Of a stretch of DNA of 64,000 nucleotides, positions 55,123-64,000 are shown piece by piece. Numbering within the stretch: the first letter of the stretch is position 1; every line of letters begins with the position of its first letter. The DNA comes from Macrostomum lignano. Its lineage: Eukaryota. The stretch covers positions 1 through 64,000 of the forward strand of contig NIVC01001441.1 of the NCBI GenBank assembly GCA_002269645.1, read 5' to 3'. A program made the position numbers and the translations under genes. The notes beneath the pieces are model-generated. The model had not been told where the DNA came from, searched no databases, and was given only the letters and a program-made list of their open reading frames with translations.

Positions 55123-56336
55123 TGTGTCAAAATGGCACTAGGAACGTAATTAAGGAATTCGCTAGGCCTTATTTGTATATGCGAATGAATAAGGCACCCT
55201 TGTTTGAATGTTTTTAATGTGCCTTAAATGTTTTTAGTGCAACGTGTTTTTTACTAGCTAAGTTCCAATTACGGTAAAATCAGTTCCAAAAAGACCACTG
55301 GCAGAAGAAAAAGTCAGGCATGAATTCTTAAGTTTGATCGCAGCTACTGCGTAAGTTACGACGCATCTGCGAAAGTTTCACCGAACGCACTTAAGAACAT
55401 TCTGAGACGGTTCTCAACTCTCGTGCGCGTAAGTTGGATCGTACGACGGAACTTACGAAAGTTTTATAGAACGGGCCCTGAGTGCCGTGGTGGTGAGAGG
55501 CAGGCGAGAAGCGGGGTGGCAAGGGTCTAAGGGGTCGACGGCGGAATAACCCCGAGCGCCCCAGCCAGACAGGACTGATAAGGAGCGGGCTGGGGGTGGG
55601 TGCGCGCGGAGAACTTAATTTTAGGCTAACATAATTTATGCGCGGCTTTTCTATTGGCCGGCGAGAAAAACAGAAATTATCGATCGCCTACTGTACTTAG
55701 GCTTTACAAACGTACGCAAGTTGTTTAAAATTCTTTGAGCACTACTTTAAGCAGACGTGAGAGTACGGGACCATTAAATTAACAATATTATAGATAGGTA
55801 CCGTATGCTAAAACGGCCCTTGACGGGGCTACTTAAATTCACAACGTCACGCGACCATCAGTCAATTCAGTAGCTTAGACGCGCATCTAACATTTTTGCT
55901 TTGAAACAAAATTGAAGCGTTCATTGTTAATTAATAACATATGTGTGCATGAAGAAGAATTAATATCAGTTGTGAAACATTTTATTAGTAACTGTAGTCA
56001 ATACGAGCTAGTCAGATGCATCCAAAGGCACTCAGATGAATTCATTCGGCCTTTTAACGATGTTCCACAGTTAAAGATGAATACATGCAGATAGGATTTT
56101 CATTGGACAATAAATATGCTCAGTTGTTATTTATTTGTTAAAATGTTTAAAAGAAAACGCAGTTTTTCAAATTTAGAAACTTTACATTACGAAATAAGAT
56201 GTGAAAGTTCAAATGTAACGAATTTCATCAGGAAAAGTCAGTTACGAGCGTATAAGTAGCAATTAGCCTTCAAAATGGAGCACATATGCACCCCAAAAAC
56301 CCTATCTAGTCTCCAAATGGAGCTGCAGCATCCTGA

Positions 56337-58376
56337 TCAGCTGCTGATCGCACAGGTAAACAGTGATCCAGTTGCTGTCCGACTGCGCAACGCACATAGC
56401 CCGCAGGTCAACTTCGCATGGGCACCGTCCGCTGACTCCGCGGCCTCGATGGTCTGCAGCTTGCTGGTGTTGGCATCAAACAACTCCACGAGATCCTTCG
56501 TGTTGACGAGGAAGTTTCCGCCGGGAAGGTGACAATGTCTCTGTAGTTCCGGCCAGCAGCCTTGATAGTGTGCGCCGGCTGCATGGTATCCAGACAGTAG
56601 AACCGGATGCCGCCGCTGATCACGACCAGCAGCCACTCCTTCCAAGCTGACAAGGACAGCGGAGGCGACCCGCTGCAGTCGATGCGCCTTCGATACTCGC
56701 AGGCGGAGTTGTAGTCGACTATGTACACCGAGCAGCCTACCTTGTCGCAGGCGAAGATCCTGCTGTCATCGGCGTGGATGCCGCTTAGGCGTTTGGCGTC
56801 TTCAATCTTGTAGACCTTGTGATAGGCCTGGCCGTGGAAGTCGCAGACGAATACGTGGCGATAATATTGCTCGCTGAGGTCGTCCGTCATCGCAATCAAC
56901 TTTTTGGGAGCCAATACTGCCAGGCGGCGCGGCTGAAAATTGCAAATCAGCTGACCGTTGCGACGAAACTGTAGCGGCACAAATTTGCTCTCCATTCTTG
57001 GCCCGCTGTAGGCGAGCAGCGACGTGTTCCCATTCGCTGCGCTTTCCTCGATCACGAAGAGGATTAGCGGCTCGCCAGGAACACTGTAGCAGCCGACGTC
57101 CAGTGGCTTCCGCGGTGGCCAACTCGGATCTATCGATGCACTTCGGCGAATGAAGGGAAACGTACAAGCAGCTCTCCTGTCGCATCAGTCGCGAGTTCGC
57201 TCCTGGATCGTGTACCGGTCTTGATCTCGGTTTCGGAGCTGGAGCTTGTGCTTGAGCTGGAGCTGGAGCTGCTGGTGAAGCTGTAGCTGCTAGTGGAGCT
57301 GGAGCTAGAGCCGGTGTTGAAGTTAGAATTGGCCCTGCTGGTGGAGCTGGAGCTGCTGGTGGAGCTGGAGCTGCTGGTGAAGCTGGAGCTGCTGGTGGAG
57401 CTGGAGCTGCTGGTGAAGCTGGAGCTGCTGGTGGAGCTGGAGCTGCTGGTGGAGCTGGAGCTAGAGCTGCTGGTGAAGCTGGAGCTGCTGGTGGAGCTGG
57501 AGCTGCTGATGAAGCTGGAGCTGGTGATCGAGGTGGAGATGCCGCTGGAGCTGGATCTGGAGCAATTTGAAGCTCCTTTAAATTTCGCAATGCGAACTCC
57601 AAGTTCTCTATCAGACTGTTCAAAAGTGCCGAGTTCAAATTGTTCTTAAATTTCGGTTGGCAGTCTGCTTCAATGGCTCGGAAAGCGCCAGAGTTCTGCA
57701 TGTATTGCAAAGTGCGCTGGGCGTTCAGGACGCCCTCGTGATCGCGCACCTCCAGAGCAGTCTTCATCTGGTCGAGAATCTTGTTCGCTTCTTCCAGGGC
57801 CTTCTCCCCGAGCTGCCGGTGGCGCCTCTGGTGGTTCTCGTAGGTCACAATCGGTCTTTTGATTTCCTCTTCTAATCTTTTGAAATCATCGGATAGGCTA
57901 ACCAGCACCGCTTCTGCGAGGTCCTGATAGGCCCTGAACTGCTGCTCATCCGCACGGGGGGCCTCCCTGTTCTCCATCAGTTGCTCAGCGCGCCGCTTAT
58001 ATTCCCGTAGGGTTCGGATATCCAGCTCGCCGCTGTCCAGCACTTTCTCTCTGTGTTGGCGAACGTGCTCCGGGCACAGGTGCAGGTTGCAGTGGTGGCA
58101 TCGTTTCGTGCTGCCTCGGTACTCGCAGCCGTCAGTCTGATCCTGATCCTCGCACTGCCGGAACTCCAGGCTCATTTCTAAGTTCACTTCAGCGAATGAC
58201 TCCGGCCTGCTGTGGATGCTGTCTGAGTCCGAGCACAGCTGGCAGGCTGGGTGCTCCTCAACTGAGGTGCACTGGCCGCAGACTTGGTGGCCGCAGCGGA
58301 GGCTCTTCATTCTCGACAGCGGTACCTGTTGATTGCATGAGGAGCATCTCAGGGCATTGGGAAGCGCTTCGGCCAT
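56337..58376 (-). CDS. TRIM-like protein: RING (C3HC4), B-box, coiled coil, Pro/Ala linker, NHL-like beta-propeller; two frameshifts, so pseudogene or assembly error
   Basis: RING C-x2-C-x13-C-x-H-x2-C-x2-C-x8-C-x2-C; B-box-like CHHCNLHLCPEHVRQH; helical region; blade-like segments KPLDVGCY, QPRRLAVL, VFVCDFHG, IFACDKVG, LLVVISGG, DIVT/LPGGNFLV spread over three frames. Confidence 0.75.
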
Positions 58377-60398
58377 TAGTTTGGCTGCAATCGCTATGTT
58401 GAATATTTACTCGTGTAATTTTAATTACTGCTTGGCTAACAATTATAACAAACTTGTTGTGAGGCCAAAGCAAGTTTCGGTAGCAATTGTATGTTATCTG
58501 CTTGGTGCACTTAAAGACTAAAAGCTTATAGACATGCAGCGCCTTCCTAAACCGAAGCGGATCTTTCTATTTCTCTACCAATAAGATTTAAGATTCTCTC
58601 CTATCTTCTCTCCTAGCTATCTCACACTCAAGCCCATTCTATTGAGTACATATATACAGTAAAAATCTCACTGTCCCATCCACTCTTCTACACTCTTTAC
58701 TAATTTGCTGTGCACAACAGGGTTACACTGCAATTATACGTAGGGGTGCACAATTATATGTACTGATAAGCTTGGCCTCTTTCTTTTCAACCAAATTTAC
58801 GCGTTTCGACGCTGCACAAAACAACCTTGTTGCTATTCAATTAGTGCATTTACAATACATAGCTTATTATCTTGTAGGGTTTCAGCACTTTTAGGTCGAT
58901 ATATACACGTCTTATGACTTGAAACGAAGGCTGATTCGAGTGACTGCTTGCACCTGTCTGCCTGTCTGCAATGCCTGCCTGCTTCTACTTCCCTCCCACT
59001 TCGGTTTTTAAATAGCTCTGCTACATGCTCTGCCAGTATCAGCTGCTTACTACTCTCAAATGCTTTAAAATCTTGGATTTATCCTGGACTATTTGTGGAT
59101 AAGTTTTACATTTATCTTGGACTCCTGGATTAAAAAATCTGTAAATTTATTAAGATAGTAGGAAGATAGTAGCTGCACACACTGTAGCTACATGTTATAC
59201 ATGCATGTACATTTAGTTTGTGCCGTAATTTTTAACGTTTACAAATCAATGTAGAACTAAACTATTTTAAGTACCTCTCGTATACGGAAACTAAATATTG
59301 GCCAAATTTATTAGATATAGAAATCCTATCATTTTATCTGCCAAGATTTTAAATAATTCGACAGCTACATGCGTATAATATAAACGGACTAAGACTAATT
59401 CGGTTTTTATTTATGTCATCCTTGATTGACACATATATACATTATTCTGAATAGCATGCACTATAGTACACCAGCCCTGTTTTGGGGCTTGAACCCAGTC
59501 TTGGTCTACATGTAGGTTAAATACGAAATTCGCATTGCTGCTGTACTCATTCATTGTTGCGAGCGTTAGATTGACACTTATACCGCGGATTTAGAAAAAT
59601 ATAACAACAAAAGGTTTAAGTATAAATTTTAAATAATGTATACCTCTACTTTCTGTTGAGTATCAGAGTATGAGTAAAAAAAGTTGAACATGAGACACTC
59701 AAAAGTAACAACGCAAGACATATTTTTAAAAACTGCCCTAATTCAGTTTCCTTTCTTTGTGAACTTTAAATATGACATACGCGTGAGGCGTGACCGTGAG
59801 CACTTATGCTAACAGTTAGTTTATACTGCTTGAAACAGTTTTTTAGAGGTTTGGATAATATAGTCTCTTGAGCCATAAGGAGCCCCCAACCTTGATTCAG
59901 AGTATTTCCGAATCAATTGCAGTTGCATTTTACGTGTTGGTTTCCAGACAGTGAGACAGGCGACAGACATCCATTCAAAACATTAAAAAGTCGTCACCCT
60001 TTGACAGTGCAGGTGAACTCAAACTCTAGTTTAATTTTGGGAAAAAGGTAGTCAAATTCAAAGATGCTCATATCCTGAATCTTATTTTTAGTTTTTACAG
60101 TTTCGATGAATGAAACCTTGGGCTTGTTATTTGCATATAGATGATATAGATCAAAGAGCTTAAGTCAAGACTAAGAATTCAAAGATTATATCCACCTTGA
60201 GGTGTGAATAAATTAGCTGTTTCTTTTGTTTTTTCTTTTAAATGCATTTTATAATACAGATAATTAAATAGACATGTTGTATTTATAAAGTATATTTTGT
60301 CAGTTTCTTTTCACTTTTCCTTAAGCCTATTTCAATTAAAGGAAAGATCCAGTGTGACAATTATTTGGTGGCCTTGAAAGTAATTAACTAAGGCAAAC

Positions 60399-60881
60399 AA
60401 CATGGCAGAGGCAAATTTTGTAGCAGTAGCACCTAGCACTTGATGATAGTAACAATTGATGCAAGCAATAGCCGCAGCCTTTGTTTATTTTAACTATATG
60501 AGAGGATAGTTAGGCTTGCTATTATCAATTCTGTCTGGGTGGTCAATAGAGATAGGTCAGAGTACTTGCTGAATCCATAAGAAATGCACTGGGCAGCTAT
60601 GCAACAATGATAGATGGTAGACAATAGAGTATGTTGATGAGCCTGAGGCAATGGTGACAATGTAATGGCAGTGAACATGTGGTGGCAGTGCTTGTAGTAA
60701 AAGCTCATATAGACAGTAGAGGTGGCATGACTGAGACTTGGCAGAGGCGTGGTTTAGAACTGTGGCAGAGCAAGGTGGAAAGAGAAGGCAAGCAAACAAG
60801 GAGTGCCGGGTAGCAAAGGTCTAAGGGGTCTAAGGCAGGATTAACCCCAAGCGCCCTAGCCAGACAAGACCGATAAAGAGC
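60399..60881 (+). repeat. Dispersed repeat copy B (CpG-decayed, no Harbinger)
   Basis: Colinear with 52402-52813 plus 55482-55586. Confidence 0.9.
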
Positions 60882-61367
60882 ATGTGTACATGTGTAATTG
60901 ACTATTATAAGTAAATAATTACTTTTAAAAAATAAATCTATTCTATCTACCTTTCTAGAAATTTTCATATAAACAATATTCTATATTAAACATTTGAAAT
61001 CCTATGCATGCTTCCCAAATATTCTTGATCTTTCTATGAAATTGTCTATAAATAAAAGCACCTGACATTGTATTTACTCAAGCCTGACTTTTCAATACAG
61101 AAAACTGTTCAACAAAAACATGAACCCAAGAACCATTGCCTATATGCCTCTTATTCATTTGAACTTGCTACAGATCTATATAATCATAAAGCATGTTGCT
61201 GCATATAAAGCCTATCACAAATGCTAGGAATAAATAATAAAACAGACAGAAGCTTTGCAAAATTAGAATTCAAACTTATTCAATAATTATTAGTTAAAAA
61301 AATAATGAACAAAATGTCAATTAAATGCCCAATTACTTGAACAACTTTTATTTATTGAAACCTGCAG

Positions 61368-63696
61368 TCGCAGGCAGCAGCCAGCCAAGTGGCTGCCTCA
61401 GAGGAGGATGGCCTGACAATGGCCTCATTGAAGGCCGCCTCTCGGCTCCACCGTCACGTGACAAACAGCGGCGACTCTACGCTATCAACCTCGCCAACGC
61501 AGCCGCCTCCAGCCTTGCCGCCACAGGCATCTCTACACCGCAGTCGGCAGCAGCAGCCGCAGGCGGCGCCAGGTGCCAGAGCAACTTCTCCAGCGCCGCA
61601 AAAGCAGGCCACAATTCACTGCGAGCGCGACCTGCCGCTGTCCATCGACTGGCGCCAGTTCGATCTGGATGGCGCCCAGCTGCTCGGCGAGGGCGCCTTC
61701 GCCTACGCCTACAAGGTGCACCACCGCGGCCTCGGCAAGGCCTTTGTGCTCAAAAGTTTGAAGCGCACCGGAGACGGGGAGTTTAGCCAGGAATTGTGCA
61801 ACTTCCGCAAAGAGGTGACCACCATGCAGCAGCTGGAGCACCGGAATGTGCTGCGGTTTTATGGCCTGCTGTACACCAAGTGAGTCAGGGAAAAATGGTG
61901 GCCAAAGGAGCAAAGCAGTTGACGCGCCGGACTCTCCGCCTCGCTATTTCCAGGAAACTGGGCCTCACCATCGTCACAGAGCTGGCCGAGCGGGGCAGCC
62001 TGCACGCCCTGCTGCACAAGCGGCCGGACGAGCGGTTGTCCGGCCTGCGCCGCGTCCTGATGGCCAAGCAGGTCTGCAGCAGTTTTAATCGTTCTTCGTT
62101 TGTGTTCTTTGTTTAGCACTTTTTAGTTAGAGACAGGAGCCCGTGTGCATCCTGACGCACTTTAAGCGACATTGTCACACAACCGGCGAGAGGCATTACT
62201 GCCCATTCCACCCGAGTCCCCTGAGCAGGCACACAAGCGCGCGGATACGTAATCAATCATACGCACAGGAACACATGCAGACTTCACTGTGCCTTGGAGA
62301 TCGGCCTTCAATGGAGTCAATTGCACGAGCAGACCTAAGCCGAGATTCAAATTTAGCCGCAAATTAATGTGACTGCACTTGGAATCGAGCCTGGGCCGCT
62401 GGCACATCAAACCACTGGGCTACGGCCATGGAGGAAAGAATAGAATGGAGTGCTAATCTGAGCCAGTTATTTTTATCTCGCTCGATTTTCGCTTTTAACA
62501 TCCCTTTCCCCCCCGTTCCTTCCTATTGGCTGAAAGCATATTTTGATGCGAGCTCATACTATGCTGGGACAGACCTTTCAGAGGGGAACGAAAACGAAAA
62601 CGAGACGAAAAATACTTTGTCTATGGCAGTCACGAGCCAATAGGAAAGAACAGGGGGAAAGGGATGTTAAAAGTTAAGATCGAGCGAGATAAAAATAACT
62701 GGCTCAGATTGGCACTCCATTCTATTCTTTCCTCCATGGCTACGGCCCGCTCTAGTTGAAAATTTTTGCAATTTGACAGAGAGGCAATTGTTGAGTCAGG
62801 AGCGCATCACGTGGGTCGTAAAATTGTAAAAAAATAGTCGTAAAAAGTCGTCCAAGAGTTGTTGTGCTAGCGCTTAACTCTCTACTAACTCAAGTAGACT
62901 GAATAGAGTTGTTAGTTATAAATGCGAGATACGATTCTAATGCAAAGTGGCGCAGATATGCACTTTAGACGCAACTCCGTGATTTTACAGCGACTCCAGC
63001 ACGCCTCAGCTGCATGCTCTATAGAGGACTTTTTAGCGACTTTTACTGTGAAACCTCATCGTTTGAAAGTCACATACGCTCGTGGAGCCACTTCTTTCCT
63101 CACCGTTTTCATCGGGTTCGGAAGTAGCAGACTGAAAGCTTCTCATCTCAATGATGTAATTCGGTTGGAAATGGCTGAAATTCCAGGTGGCCAGCGGAGT
63201 TGCCTACCTGCACAGCCGCAGCATCGCGCACCGGGACCTCACCTCTAGCAACTGCTTCCTGCGCGCCGACTGCACTGTGCTGGTTGGCGATTTTGGCCTG
63301 GCAGCGGCCGCCGCCGCCCCAAACGGCCTGGCCGCAGTCGGCTGCGTCGGCAGCTTCCTGTACGCCAGCCCGGAGATGTTCCTCGGTCGGCCGTACGGCG
63401 TTGCCACCGACGCTTATTCCTTCGGCGTCCTGCTGTGCGAGCTGGCGCTCCGCCTGCCGCCCGAGCCCGACCGGCTGCCCCGCCTCGCCGATTCGCGTCT
63501 CGCTTTCGCCGTTGACGTTGACGAGTTTCGCCGCCTGGCCGTCCAGCTGGCGCCTCCGGACTGGCCGGCCGGCGCGGTCCAACTGGCCGTCGAGTGTGTC
63601 AACCCCGAGCCTGACCGGCGGCCAAGCCTCGCCGACGCAGCCAGGCGGCTGGACGCCTGCACTTTGCCGTCAGCGGTCGGCCGCGTGGTGCTCTGA
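61368..63696 (+). CDS. TESK/LIMK-family (TKL group) protein kinase, divergent
   Basis: Exons 61368 (acceptor; or ATG 61419)-61879, 61954-62071 and 63187-63696 are phase-compatible. LGEGAFAYAYK, VLK, KEV, YLHSRSIAHRDLTSSNC, VGDFGLA, VGSFLYASPE, DAYSFGVLLCEL and PDRLPR resemble TESK HRDLTSKNC and PDYLPRTED. No LIM or PDZ domain seen. The start is uncertain. Confidence 0.85.
62427..62738. mobile_element. hAT-type MITE (312 bp) with ~105-bp inverted arms
   Basis: Ends CATGGAGGAAAGAATAGAATGGAGTG and its reverse complement; 8-bp TSD GCTACGGC (62419-62426, 62739-62746). Confidence 0.92.
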
Positions 63697-64000
63697 GTCC
63701 CAGAATCCAAATCCCAAGTCCCAGAATCCAAATCCCAAGTCCCAGAATCCAAATCCCAAGATCCAGAATCCAAACCCGAAGTCCCAGAATCCAAATCCCA
63801 AGTCCCAGAATCCAAATCCCAAGATCCAGAATCCGAATCCCCAAGTCCCAGAATCCAAATCCCAAGTCCCAGAATTCAAATCCCAAATCCCAGAATCCAA
63901 ATCCCAAGTCCCAGAATCCAAATCCCAAGTCCCAGAATCCAAATCCCAAGTCCCAGAATCCAAATCTCAAGTCCCAGAATCCGAAGTTTCAAAGTCAGTT
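63697..64000. repeat. 21-bp minisatellite starting at the kinase stop codon
   Basis: Unit GTCCCAGAATCCAAATCCCAA. Confidence 0.95.

Larger units (their letters stand above)
52814..55478. mobile_element. PIF/Harbinger DNA transposon, two-gene type
   Basis: 16-bp perfect TIR GGGCCCGTTCTATAAA; 3-bp TSD TGA (52811-52813, 55479-55481); subterminal CTTAAG/CTTACG repeats; transposase and Myb-like genes; empty site at ~60800. Confidence 0.95.

Noticed and set aside
57293-57649. (ELELLV)n plus-strand ORF
   Set aside because: Antisense reading of the 18-bp repeat that encodes the TRIM Pro/Ala linker.
51995-63696. 14-3-3 / TRIM / TESK as a functional gene cluster
   Set aside because: TESK1-14-3-3 binding is known in mammals, but this kinase lacks the tail concerned, orientations are mixed, and adjacency alone is not evidence.

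Overview
Repeat-rich metazoan genomic DNA with spliceosomal GT-AG introns. The density of minisatellites and the gene style resemble the flatworm Macrostomum lignano, but that is inference only. Five host genes were reconstructed by hand. (1) The 5' ~890 codons of an ATP11-class P4-ATPase flippase (minus strand, runs off the left edge). (2) A 28-kb, 9-exon RBMS/shep-family two-RRM RNA-binding protein (plus). (3) A divergent 4-exon 14-3-3 (minus) whose second intron holds an 8-kb 31-bp satellite. (4) An apparently intronless RING-B-box-coiled-coil-beta-propeller (TRIM-NHL-like) gene with two frameshifts (minus). (5) A divergent TESK/LIMK-type kinase (plus). Mobile DNA: a two-gene PIF/Harbinger element with TIRs, a TGA target-site duplication (TSD) and a matching empty site elsewhere in the window; two piggyBac-related elements; five hAT-type MITEs with exact 8-bp TSDs; and a TGT...ACA element with a 4-bp TSD. 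About 15 tandem arrays are present. The strongest unusual signals are a patchy CpG-decay landscape (including a two-copy natural experiment), the hierarchical AP-1/GATA-motif satellite, and the frameshifted TRIM. No CRISPR array, rRNA or convincing functional tRNA was found. I did not find a clearly new multi-gene system.
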